In this document: positions 37,281 to 46,195 of the stretch, piece after piece
Position numbering within the stretch: position 1 is the stretch's first letter
How the letters are laid out: each line of letters begins with the position of its first letter
Assembly (NCBI GenBank): GCA_937898545.1
Contig: CALEJV010000003.1
Location: forward strand, 253,193 to 317,192
DNA length: 64,000 nt
Source: an uncultured Candidatus Saccharibacteria bacterium
Lineage (GTDB): Bacteria; Patescibacteriota; Saccharimonadia; Saccharimonadales; Saccharimonadaceae
Direction: 5' to 3'
Translations under genes and position numbers: made by a program
The notes under the pieces: generated by a model
What the model was told of the DNA's origin: nothing
Seen by the model: only the letters and a program-made list of their open reading frames with translations
Databases searched by the model: none

Positions 37281-38915
37281 GTGTCGCCATACGCTACCAA
37301 TAGCCAAACTAGTACTGTTGTACGAGTCAGCAGTGTTGTCTTTCCGCTCCTACTTTTCGCGTATAGCAAACTCCTCGGTCTTGATGCAATGCAGCGCATT
37401 CCTGGGGCAGGCAAATGGTCTTTCTATGCAGCGGCCAGCGCTTGGCTTGCTCTTGGTCTCTACACCTGTTTCCGCTCATCACAGACGAACAAGCAGCGAG
37501 CGTGGCAGCTCGTCTTGTATCATGGGCTGGCTTCGAGCTACCTCCTGAGCATCTCTGGCGTAGCAGTGCCGTTTACCTGTGCGTGGTCGTTGTTTATGTT
37601 GGCGGCGTTTGCTTATGCTGGCTTTTCTGGGTGGCTGCTCAGTGCACTTGTGCTTTTTATTACAGCAGCACTTGATGCATTTTGGCTGACGCCACAAAGT
37701 ATTGTTGATATTACCACAACAACGTTGGTGGCCTTTATGCTTGGTGTGGTCATTGTTGCCCTCGCATATCGCCACAATCTCTACCGCTCGGCACTGCATA
37801 CCAGTCGCGAGGCAATGACCTTGCAGCACGATCGGCTTCTAACGATTATCAACAATCTCGCGACCGCTATTATTGCAACCGACCAGCAGGGTATTATCCA
37901 ACTCTACAACGCTGCAACACTCGATTTGCTTGACACCAACACAAGCCCACATAGCAAGCCAATCGATACCATCCTTCCACTGCGCGATAGTGCCAAGCAA
38001 CCAGTCTATCTAACCCAGCTACTTCACGCTGCAACTGTTACGCAAACACGCGATGATGTGTGGATGGAAGTATCGGGCGAGATGCTCCGTCTTAGTATCA
38101 TATTTTCTCCAATACGTGCGCTCAATACAATGGGCGATTCAAGCGATGGCTACGTCCTCATCCTACGCGACATTACGAAAGAAAAGTCGCTTGAAGAAGA
38201 GCGCGATGAGTTTATTAGTGTGGTAAGCCATGAGCTTCGCACTCCCTTGACGGCAGCCGAGGGAGCACTGAGCAATATTCAGCTCATGCTCCACCGGCGC
38301 GATATGCCACAGCGCACGCTCAAAGATCATCTTGATGCAGCCCACGAGCAAGTCGTCTTCTTGGCCAAGATGGTCAATGACCTCAGCACTCTTGCACAAG
38401 CAGAGCGTGGCGCCGCCGACATGCCAGAGCTACTTAATGTCCGTGCGCTCATGGATGACCTCTACCATCAGTATCGTTCCCAGGCTGCCAAAAAGCAGCT
38501 TACTCTCACGCTCGAGACATCACCGCGGCTGGGCCATGTCGTCGCAAGCTCATTATATGTACGTGAACTTATCCAAAATCTCCTCTCTAATGCCCTCAAA
38601 TACACCAAAGAAGGAGAGGTCCACCTCAGTGCGCGCAAGAAGGGTAATCGCATTATCATCGCTGTGCGCGACACGGGCATTGGCATTAGCAAGAGCGACC
38701 AAGCACACATCCTCGAACGCTTCTGGCGCAGCGAAGACTACCGCACTCGCGAAACTGGCGGAACTGGCCTTGGTCTCTACATTGCTGCCAAGCTCGCACG
38801 CAAGCTCGGTACGCGCATCGAGTTTACCAGTCAGCTTAATCATGGCTCAACCTTCTTCTTTGCACTGCCAGCTGCGCAGCAGACGACGCACGACAAACAT
38901 ACGAGCTCGCAGTAA
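37281..38915 (+). CDS. Membrane sensor histidine kinase (PAS-HisKA-HATPase)
   Basis: About 6 TM helices, PAS-like domain, H-box VSHELRTPL, N-box NLLSNALKY, VRDTGIG, IFERF-like F-box and GTGLGL. GTG start 6 nt after TATACT. Confidence 0.95.
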   Translation: MSPYATNSQTSTVVRVSSVVFPLLLFAYSKLLGLDAMQRIPGAGKWSFYAAASAWLALGLYTCFRSSQTNKQRAWQLVLYHGLASSYLLSISGVAVPFTCAWSLFMLAAFAYAGFSGWLLSALVLFITAALDAFWLTPQSIVDITTTTLVAFMLGVVIVALAYRHNLYRSALHTSREAMTLQHDRLLTIINNLATAIIATDQQGIIQLYNAATLDLLDTNTSPHSKPIDTILPLRDSAKQPVYLTQLLHAATVTQTRDDVWMEVSGEMLRLSIIFSPIRALNTMGDSSDGYVLILRDITKEKSLEEERDEFISVVSHELRTPLTAAEGALSNIQLMLHRRDMPQRTLKDHLDAAHEQVVFLAKMVNDLSTLAQAERGAADMPELLNVRALMDDLYHQYRSQAAKKQLTLTLETSPRLGHVVASSLYVRELIQNLLSNALKYTKEGEVHLSARKKGNRIIIAVRDTGIGISKSDQAHILERFWRSEDYRTRETGGTGLGLYIAAKLARKLGTRIEFTSQLNHGSTFFFALPAAQQTTHDKHTSSQ

Positions 38916-39001
38916 ATGCCCCCTTGGAGAATAAACAGGTATGTATACCCAAATCTGTCATGAGCAGTAGCAGAAGTACAATGCAAAACCACGGTTCACC
39001 C

Positions 39002-39031
39002 TTGACAACCCTCGCTATAGCGCGCTACACT
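39002..39031 (+). promoter_or_regulatory. Sigma70 promoter of secE-nusG
   Basis: TTGACA and TACACT at near-canonical spacing. Confidence 0.65.
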
Positions 39032-39080
39032 AGGGCTTGACAGCCTGCAAAGACAGGCTATTAAATTTGGGGAGTATGCT

Positions 39081-39440
39081 GTGGCGAAACCAAGCAAAAA
39101 ATCATCAACCAACCGCGTGACGCGCATCACCGCGCAAGACACCACGCCCACCAAAACCAAAACGTCAAAAGAAAAGACAACCTCTGTGGCATCAGCCAAA
39201 ACCGAGGCCAAAAAACCAAAAGTAACTAAGCCAAAGCGTCAGCGCCGTGGCCCATTCTCAGCGATTCGCAATTACTTTGCTGGGGCCTGGTATGAGCTCC
39301 GTATGGTGCGCTGGCCCGATCGCGCAACGACATGGAAAATGTCTGGTGCACTACTTGGCTTTATTGCAGTATTTAGTGCGACGCTTTTGCTGCTCGATGC
39401 TGCATTTAAATATCTATTTCAAATTATCCTGGGGAGGTAG
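39081..39440 (+). CDS. secE: Preprotein translocase subunit SecE
   Basis: Basic N-terminal tail, EL..V.WP.R and a single TM helix; directly upstream of nusG. Confidence 0.93.
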   Translation: MAKPSKKSSTNRVTRITAQDTTPTKTKTSKEKTTSVASAKTEAKKPKVTKPKRQRRGPFSAIRNYFAGAWYELRMVRWPDRATTWKMSGALLGFIAVFSATLLLLDAAFKYLFQIILGR

Positions 39441-39443
39441 ACA

Positions 39444-39989
39444 ATGACAAAAAAACGCTACGACAGCACACGGCAATGGTATGCTATCCACACCTACAGT
39501 GGCTATGAAGAGAAGGTAGCCGATAGCATCCGCCAGCGCATTCAGGCCGTTGATATGGCCGACAAAATCTTCGATGCAATCGTCCCCAAGGAGAAGCAGA
39601 TCCAAATCAAAAATGGCAAGCGCAAAGTCGTTGAAGTTAAGATTTTCCAAGGCTATGTCTTGGTCGAGATGAAGCTCACCGACGAGACATGGTACATTGT
39701 ACGCAATACGCCTGGTGTGACGGGCTTTGTGGGGAGCGGTACCGAGCCGACCCCTGTAAGCGAGGCTGAGATTAAGAAGATCAAGAAGCGCATGGGTGTG
39801 GAAGATCCCAAGCATCAGATTGACTTTAGCGAAGGGGAAGTGGTCAGTATCATTGATGGGCCATTCAAAGACTTTGATGGCACCGTGAGTGAGATCGATA
39901 CTACCAAGGGCAAGCTCAAGGTGATGGTGAGCATGTTTGGCCGTGACACGCCAGTTGAGCTTGATGCTCTGCAGGTCAAGAAGGTATAA
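39444..39989 (+). CDS. nusG: Transcription factor NusG
   Basis: WY.IHTYSG.E.KV, GYVLVEM, VRNTPGVTGFVG and KOW IIDGPF.DF.G.V....MFGR.TPVEL. Confidence 0.99.
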   Translation: MTKKRYDSTRQWYAIHTYSGYEEKVADSIRQRIQAVDMADKIFDAIVPKEKQIQIKNGKRKVVEVKIFQGYVLVEMKLTDETWYIVRNTPGVTGFVGSGTEPTPVSEAEIKKIKKRMGVEDPKHQIDFSEGEVVSIIDGPFKDFDGTVSEIDTTKGKLKVMVSMFGRDTPVELDALQVKKV

Positions 39990-40082
39990 GCCTTGCACGC
40001 GGTTTGCATTTGCATGAGCGATCCACTATAATAGCAACGTTACGCACTCAATACCAGTAGTAATTGAGTAAAAGGAAATATA

Positions 40083-40508
40083 ATGGCAAAAAAAGTTATC
40101 GGCAACCTGAAGCTTCGTATTCCAGCTGGCCGTGCCACCGCCGGGCCACCCGTTGGTAGCACACTTGGTCAGTGGGGCTTGAATATGATGGACTTCATCA
40201 ACCCATTCAACGACGCCACCAAGGCAGATATGGGCAAGGACGTCATCGTCCATATCCAAGTGTTTGAGGACCGCACCTTTGCATGGCGCAGCCTCGGCCA
40301 GCCCGTTGATGATATGATCCGTACTGCGATCGGTATCAAGAAGGGCAGTAGCAAGCCACACAGCGACAAGGTTGGGACGATCACCCGAGCACAGCTTGAA
40401 GAGATCGCTCAGGCAAAAATGGAGCAACTCAACGCTATCAGTCTCGAAGGAGCTATCAAGACGGTGGCAGGTACTGCTCGCAGCATGGGCGTGGAAGTCA
40501 CTGACTAA
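40083..40508 (+). CDS. rplK: 50S ribosomal protein L11
   Basis: IPAG.AT.GPPVG..LGQ.G.N.M.F and GTARSMG.EV. Confidence 0.99.
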   Translation: MAKKVIGNLKLRIPAGRATAGPPVGSTLGQWGLNMMDFINPFNDATKADMGKDVIVHIQVFEDRTFAWRSLGQPVDDMIRTAIGIKKGSSKPHSDKVGTITRAQLEEIAQAKMEQLNAISLEGAIKTVAGTARSMGVEVTD

Positions 40509-40525
40509 TCCGCTCGGCGCACATC

Positions 40526-40554
40526 AAAATACCTCTGCTAGCAGAGGTATTTTT
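40526..40554 (+). terminator. Intrinsic terminator after rplK
   Basis: AAAATACCTCTGC...GCAGAGGTATTTT hairpin. Confidence 0.8.
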
Positions 40555-40562
40555 GGTATAAA

Positions 40563-40592
40563 TTGACATATTTTGCAATAGTAGTTTACAAT
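40563..40592 (+). promoter_or_regulatory. Sigma70 promoter giving a leaderless transcript
   Basis: TTGACA (40563-68), 18-nt spacer, TACAAT (40587-92), then 6 nt to the ATG at 40599. Confidence 0.75.
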
Positions 40593-40598
40593 AACAGT

Positions 40599-41138
40599 AT
40601 GCGTAAACTCCTCCTCGACAAAATCTCTATACCAATCCTTATTCTTGGCGTGTTCGTCGTTGCGGCGATTGGCTGGTGGCTATATTATATGACGATCGGC
40701 AGCTTCACAACGACGATCTTCTATGGGCGCTTCGATCACGATGCAATTCGCCATATGGATGTGAGCTATCAGTCGGGGTATGCGATAGACGGCTGGGATG
40801 GCGATAATGGTATGGTTATTGGCACCATCACCGACAAAGCGACGCGCGATCGCTTGCTGAGCATGCAGCCCTTTACTGATTGCCCACACGGTTGCTCGGG
40901 GTGGTATCATTACGGAGACAACCTCCCTCACCCTGAGTCGGTATTTCGAGACACCGCTATCCTTGGTAATCACACTATTCCACCAGAGAAGTTTCGTGAT
41001 CAAGCTCGAGCAGCCATCGGTAGCGACAACCACTGCGTGGCACGCTATTCGTCGAGCCATCGCACCAACGATGTATTTTGCTTCTCACCAAGTAGCGGGG
41101 CGTTTGTCTATGAGTTTGCTGAGTTGAATGGAATGTAG
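40599..41138 (+). CDS. Membrane-anchored Cys-containing surface protein (paralogue of 63546->64000)
   Basis: N-terminal TM helix, then PFTDCPHGCSGW and CVARY motifs. Confidence 0.75.
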   Translation: MRKLLLDKISIPILILGVFVVAAIGWWLYYMTIGSFTTTIFYGRFDHDAIRHMDVSYQSGYAIDGWDGDNGMVIGTITDKATRDRLLSMQPFTDCPHGCSGWYHYGDNLPHPESVFRDTAILGNHTIPPEKFRDQARAAIGSDNHCVARYSSSHRTNDVFCFSPSSGAFVYEFAELNGM

Positions 41139-41241
41139 ATAAATAGCATGCTAGTGTCGGTAAGAACGAGAGAAATACTGCGATATTTAAGGATATAACC
41201 ACCTTCAAATTAAGAAGATATGTAGCACAAGAGGAACGATC

Positions 41242-41751
41242 ATGAGCGCATCATCCACCCGCGTCCAGCAACCACAAAATATGCCAGTGCGTCGCACCAA
41301 GCAGATGGTACGGCTATGGCTAATCTTTGTTATTGTTGCGCTGATATCAGAGGCGATATCATATATAGTCAATTACTCTACGACTCACTACACACGAATA
41401 GATCCAGTTTGGGCAGCTACCGTAATTTTCAGTATAGATGCAGCTTGCTTTGCGGCTGGCATGCTATGGCTTGGCCGTGGTCGTAGGCCTATTTCGCGCA
41501 TCATCTATGGCTCAGCAGCGTTCTTAATGGGCGCATTTGCCTTCCAGGCTGGACATGGATTCATTCCCACCTCAATAACTATAGCACTGAGCTTCCTTGC
41601 CGCGACGCTTGCTACCATTCCTCGCTTTCACGTGCGGCATTACAAGCAGGTAGAGATAGCGATGAGTGTGTTGATTATCGTTGGCGCACTTGGGCTAGCA
41701 TGGGCGTTTCGTATTGTTAGTATGTATCATCCACCTCTGCAGATTCATTGA
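41242..41751 (+). CDS. Integral membrane hypothetical protein
   Basis: About 5 hydrophobic helices; GAGGA SD upstream. Confidence 0.7.
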   Translation: MSASSTRVQQPQNMPVRRTKQMVRLWLIFVIVALISEAISYIVNYSTTHYTRIDPVWAATVIFSIDAACFAAGMLWLGRGRRPISRIIYGSAAFLMGAFAFQAGHGFIPTSITIALSFLAATLATIPRFHVRHYKQVEIAMSVLIIVGALGLAWAFRIVSMYHPPLQIH

Positions 41752-41926
41752 AAAATGGCAACGTATCGACCTAAGGGAAGAGCTGTGACCTATAAGCCTG
41801 CAGAAGTACTTTCACACTTATAGAATAAATATTATCAAGACACACCATACCTCTTAACCTACACGAACCGTTCCAAGCGTTGAGAGTTAAGTAATTAGAA
41901 ATTAGATTGAGTATTGCTCGACAATG

Positions 41927-43483
41927 TCAACGCCTTCTTCGTCGTAGCCACAGGACACCGACCACCAGCACCATTAGCATGATGAACAGCCCGATTGCGA
42001 AACTGGTCACCATTCCCCAGTCGGTGGCACGGTGCACGACGTCGGCAAGAAGGCTGCGCCCGGCACCGGGGGCACTAGCCGTCGTACGCAGTCCCTGTCC
42101 TGAGCGCACGCTGCTGACAAGTTCCTGTGCACCCACCGGCCACTGATGACGCACCACGTGCTCGCTCGCACTACCGAACCCCACGCCGGAGACAGCCACG
42201 CCGAGCACCACGCCGATCTGCCTCATCGCAGCGGACAGCCCAGAGGCCGCACCTGCCTCATCACCCTCGAAGGAGGCGACCGCCAGCTCGTTGACCACGG
42301 TCCCGGCAGCGCCAACCGCGATGCCCGCCAGGATCAGGCCCGGCAGGAGCACTACCCAGGTCGATGAGCCGTACAACAGTACCCATGACATCAGCGCCGC
42401 GCACCCGACGACAAGGATCCCCAGCAGCCTGGCCGACGGCGTCCAGCGCCCATTACCGCCACGAAACAGCCACGCCCCCGCGATGGCACAGAGACTGAAC
42501 GGGAGGAAGCAGAGTCCGACCTGCAGGGGTGAAAACAGGTAGATATTCTGCGCATACAGCGACAGCCAGGGCATCTGCCCCACCAGACCAGCCTGGACGG
42601 CAAAGCCGGTCAGGATACTCACCACATAGAGCCGGTCAGTCAGCAGGCGTCCCGGAACCATAGGTGCGTCCGAGCGCCGCTCGACGGCCATGAACAGCCC
42701 CATCGCGGCCAGTCCGACGGCAACGCCACCGAGCGTGCGCGCGCTAGTCCACCCCCAGGCCGGCCCCTCCAGCAGGACTACTGTCACTGCTCCAACAGCA
42801 AGAATTGCCAGCAATGTCCCAAGCCAATCTACTCCTGAGTTATTACGGTCTGTACTTCGGTCCTTCACGTACCACGACGCCAGCCAAGATGCTACCCCCA
42901 CAGGAACGTTGATCCAAAAGATAGAGCGCCACCCAGCGACTAAGACCAAACCACCGCCTGCCAGTGGCCCCACTGCGATGGCCAACCCTGAGATGAGCCC
43001 GTAAATCCCAGTAGCTCGTGCCCGCTCGCGTCCAGCGGGGTAGTGATCAGAAATCATTGGCACGCCGACGCCCAAGAAGATCGCCCCACCGACCGCCTGA
43101 ATAGCCCGGAAAGCGTTGAGTACAGCCATCGAAGGGGCTAATGCGCACACGGCTGACCCCACCGTGAACAGGACCAGCCCCCATCGGAACAATCGCAGCC
43201 GCCCCAGATTTCTGCTTAGAGTCGCTGCAGACATCAGCAACGCTCCCAACGGTAGTGTGTAGGCGTTAACCACCCATTGCAGCTCACTCTGCGACGCGCC
43301 AAGACTCTGCCCGATATCACCCAGTGCCACCGACACCACCGTGATATCCAGGACGTTCATGAAACTCACCGTGCAGACGAGCACAAGCGCCAGAACGCGA
43401 CTATTTATTAGCCCTGCTACTTTGCGACTACTCGACTCGATTACAGCTCCCATATTCTGTCGATTCACTCTTTGTTCCTCCAC
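41927..43483 (-). CDS. DHA2 (EmrB/QacA-like) 14-TM MFS efflux transporter
   Basis: LDITVV.VAL..I...L, LQWVVNAY.L, G..R.F..GL.LF...S..CA, R..Q..GG, GP..GG.L, WR.IFWINVP.G and DW.G. Confidence 0.95.
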   Translation of the reverse strand: MEEQRVNRQNMGAVIESSSRKVAGLINSRVLALVLVCTVSFMNVLDITVVSVALGDIGQSLGASQSELQWVVNAYTLPLGALLMSAATLSRNLGRLRLFRWGLVLFTVGSAVCALAPSMAVLNAFRAIQAVGGAIFLGVGVPMISDHYPAGRERARATGIYGLISGLAIAVGPLAGGGLVLVAGWRSIFWINVPVGVASWLASWYVKDRSTDRNNSGVDWLGTLLAILAVGAVTVVLLEGPAWGWTSARTLGGVAVGLAAMGLFMAVERRSDAPMVPGRLLTDRLYVVSILTGFAVQAGLVGQMPWLSLYAQNIYLFSPLQVGLCFLPFSLCAIAGAWLFRGGNGRWTPSARLLGILVVGCAALMSWVLLYGSSTWVVLLPGLILAGIAVGAAGTVVNELAVASFEGDEAGAASGLSAAMRQIGVVLGVAVSGVGFGSASEHVVRHQWPVGAQELVSSVRSGQGLRTTASAPGAGRSLLADVVHRATDWGMVTSFAIGLFIMLMVLVVGVLWLRRRRR

Positions 43484-44100
43484 ATCTAGCCGACCGTCAA
43501 CTGATTAGGCCCTGTAGGCCTACCTGAATAATCTTCCCATCCAGTACCACGATCTGTCGATCCACTCCTCGACAGCGTTGAAGTCGGTCGTTAGTAATTC
43601 CTGTATTATATAGATAAAGGTCGTTTCTCGGCCATATTTCTATATAATCATAGAAGATATACCATGTAAAGGCTGTGAGATTGGGATATTGATGCAATCA
43701 TTCCTACATACCATATATTTCTATACTAACCAATAGACATAGCAGCAGCAGTACGAACACAACGTCGGCAGCAATCTCGAGCAATTATTGACAGCATGAG
43801 CCTCAAGATGCGGCGGCTACGGAAGCTGACAAGTAACAGTTGAACACCTTTGCGTGGGAAGTGGTTTTGACCGATAATCTTGTGGCGAGGCTAACATAAA
43901 TGAAAGTGGGTGGCGTCGCATTCACGATAGGGTAGTTGGCTTGCTAAGATGCTACTTTGCTCTACTAATTACACCATAAACTATTCGATGGTATCTCCGA
44001 CTGAGGTAGCAACTATCGGCCACTCAACACTGATCGGCAAAAACGTTATTCCTCGCAATGGTAAGTAGTGCGACAGCTAATAGCAGCCTGGAAGCCTCTC

Positions 44101-44146
44101 GAGACGACGAAGTCACATTGAGCCAACCAAGTGACATCGTCGTCTC
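44101..44146. repeat. Long imperfect inverted repeat
   Basis: GAGACGACGAAGTCAC(A)TTG-AGCCAAC-CAAGTGACATCGTCGTCTC: 16-bp arms with one mismatch, extended by a 3-bp inner stem. Confidence 0.85.
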
Positions 44147-44221
44147 GGTACCAGATGGGTCAGGCTTGCACGGTCTGCCAGATGATGGCCTTCCTGTCCC
44201 AAAACCCAGCAAAAAACAAGC

Positions 44222-44258
44222 AAAAACCCACGTCATGGGGCTTCCATGACGTGGGTTT
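44222..44258 (-). terminator. Terminator downstream of tRNA-Pro
   Basis: AAACCCACGTCATGG / CCATGACGTGGGTTT stem with an A-run on the plus strand (U-tract on the minus strand). Confidence 0.85.
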
Positions 44259-44272
44259 GAGTGTTGACTCAA

Positions 44273-44348
44273 TGGTCGGGGTGACAAGACTTGAACTTGC
44301 GACCTCACGGCCCCCAGCCGTACGCGCTACCAGCTGCGCCACACCCCG
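44273..44348 (-). tRNA. tRNA-Pro(GGG)
   Basis: CGGGGTG acceptor, anticodon arm TACGG-CTGGGGG-CCGTG and encoded CCA. Confidence 0.96.
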
Positions 44349-44483
44349 ACAACGCCTCTCATTATAGCACAATTGGTGACGCGTGCTCAAAAATAGCTAC
44401 TCTGTTATTTTCGCATTGTACAGGTTTATTATCTCATGCTGCAGGACCCATATATGCTATACTAGAAAAGTTAATGAGTAATC

Positions 44484-44512
44484 GTGGGAGGCACCCAAGC
44501 CGCTTGCACCAC
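44484..44512 (+). promoter_or_regulatory. L1-binding autoregulatory operator upstream of rplA
   Basis: GUGG-GAG-GCA...UGC-A-CCAC immediately before the SD, matching the known L1-binding asymmetric loop. Own promoter TG-C-TATACT at 44455-44463. Confidence 0.7.
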
Positions 44513-44524
44513 AGAAAGGATACT

Positions 44525-45505
44525 ATGGCAAAAAAAGCCGATCTGCTTGAAAAAGCAGCAGAGCTGAAACTCGATGTTTCAGAAAAAAATACCATTGCAG
44601 AGATTGAGGCGGCCATCGCTGCAGCAAACGACAAGGATGTCATTGCCCAGCGCGAAGCCACCGTTGCAAAGGCTGGTAAGCGTAGCCAAAAGGCTCTCGA
44701 CGAGGCCGAAGCGAAGGCTGAGAAAGAAGCCCGCAAAGAGGCTGGCGATACAACGCCTCAGGGTGATGTCGATGCAGCTATCAAGAAAGGACCCGCACCG
44801 AAGGTTCGCCCGCTAATTGAGCGCCGCGGCAAGGCCTATCGAAAACTAGCTGAGAAGGTTGAAAAAGATAAGGTGTACTCACTAGACGAAGCACTCCAGC
44901 TTGCGACTGAGACCAATCCTGCTAAGTTTGATGCGAGTGTTGAGCTGCACGTCCGTCTTGGTGTTGATCCACGCCAGGCTGATCAAAATATCCGCTCGAC
45001 AGTTGTCTTGCCACACGGCACAGGCAAGACTGTTCGCGTTGCCGTCTTTGCACCAGAAGCTGAGGTTGCAACTGCTACCAAAGCAGGGGCAGACATTGCT
45101 GGCGAAGAGGCTATCATCAAGCTGCTCGACAAGGGTACGCTAGACTTTGACGTTTTGATCGCCACCCCGCAGTACATGCCAAAGCTTGGTAAATACGCCC
45201 GTCTGCTTGGACCAAAGGGTCTGATGCCTAACCCAAAGAGCGGTACTGTAACAACTGACATTGCAACTGCCGTCACTGAGGCAAAAGCTGGTAAGGTGGA
45301 GTACCGCGTAGACAAGCAAGCCGCGATTCACCTCAGTATCGGCAAGGTAAGCTTTGGTACAGAGAAGCTCCGCGCTAACGCCGATGCCTTCTTCGCTAGC
45401 TTGCAAGCTCAAAAGCCAAGCTCGCTCAAGGGTGTATATGTCAAATCCATCGCAGCTGCAACGACGATGGGACCTGGCATCAAGGTTGAGCACAAACTCG
45501 ACTAG
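44525..45505 (+). CDS. rplA: 50S ribosomal protein L1 with ~95-aa N-terminal extension
   Basis: KFDASVELH.RLG.DPR.ADQ.IR..V.LPHGTGK, LG.YAR.LGPKGLMPNPK.GT and TTMGPGI. SD AGAAAGGA before the ATG at 44525. Confidence 0.97.
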   Translation: MAKKADLLEKAAELKLDVSEKNTIAEIEAAIAAANDKDVIAQREATVAKAGKRSQKALDEAEAKAEKEARKEAGDTTPQGDVDAAIKKGPAPKVRPLIERRGKAYRKLAEKVEKDKVYSLDEALQLATETNPAKFDASVELHVRLGVDPRQADQNIRSTVVLPHGTGKTVRVAVFAPEAEVATATKAGADIAGEEAIIKLLDKGTLDFDVLIATPQYMPKLGKYARLLGPKGLMPNPKSGTVTTDIATAVTEAKAGKVEYRVDKQAAIHLSIGKVSFGTEKLRANADAFFASLQAQKPSSLKGVYVKSIAAATTMGPGIKVEHKLD

Positions 45506-45645
45506 TAGAGTGTAACACTCGCCATAATACTGCCAGTCAGGGAAGCTGGCAGTATTATTTATGTGCCTACCTATGCATGATATGATGGAATGAGTGGTGA
45601 TACTCTCATACTATTCATTCATCATCACAGCAACGGAGGTGCTAT

Positions 45646-46155
45646 ATGAAAAAATATGTCTACTCGCTCGTTGGTAGTGTTGGTTATTTTGAGCGATTTT
45701 TGCAACCGCAGACACCGGAGCAGGTTGCACAAAAGGTGAGCCAGGCTATTGCCGACCCAACTGTCCTTGATGGCAACCGCTGCTTTAGTATCTGCGTGTG
45801 GGCCTTGCCAGATGGTATTGACCATCCAAAGAATGTACCAAAGGATAGCTTGGCTGATGGTTACTATATGCAATGTGCTGGGTCGAATACCGGCATGACT
45901 ATAGAAGTGCGCGTACCAGATCCAGACAATCATACAGCCCAGTATCCATATATCCACTATGTGATTACCCGAAAGCCAGTGGCTGATAAAGAGCGATTCG
46001 TTCCACTCACCTGGCAGCGCGATAACGAACCATTTACGATACGCATTCATCCAGAAGAGGTATTTACTGGAGAACAAGCTGGGCAGATCTTTGCAGATTA
46101 TATTACAAAGGGCAGTATACCGTCTGAATCTGTTTTACGAAAGATTGATATATAG
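45646..46155 (+). CDS. Hypothetical protein
   Basis: 169-aa ORF with GGAGGT SD; YMQCAGS...MTIEVR...HYV and EVFT.E.A..F..Y...G.IP pattern. Confidence 0.75.
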   Translation: MKKYVYSLVGSVGYFERFLQPQTPEQVAQKVSQAIADPTVLDGNRCFSICVWALPDGIDHPKNVPKDSLADGYYMQCAGSNTGMTIEVRVPDPDNHTAQYPYIHYVITRKPVADKERFVPLTWQRDNEPFTIRIHPEEVFTGEQAGQIFADYITKGSIPSESVLRKIDI

Positions 46156-46195
46156 GGAATGGGGTATTTTGCAATGAATATAAGAGGTTATGTGA

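Larger units (their letters stand above)
41760..44260. mobile_element. Probable decayed genomic islet at the tRNA-Pro 3' end
   Basis: A high-GC MFS gene flanked by AT-rich non-coding DNA, immediately 3' of tRNA-Pro. No integrase or att duplication was found. Confidence 0.45.

Noticed and set aside
43497-43697. 66-aa ORF upstream of the MFS gene as an integrase/recombinase remnant
   Set aside because: No catalytic motif is recognisable, and no att duplication of the tRNA-Pro 3' end was found near 41760.
44101-44146. GAGACG...CGTCTC looks like an outward-facing BsmBI Golden Gate dropout (synthetic scar)
   Set aside because: The two sites are simply the ends of a longer imperfect natural palindrome, and there is no vector or marker sequence nearby.
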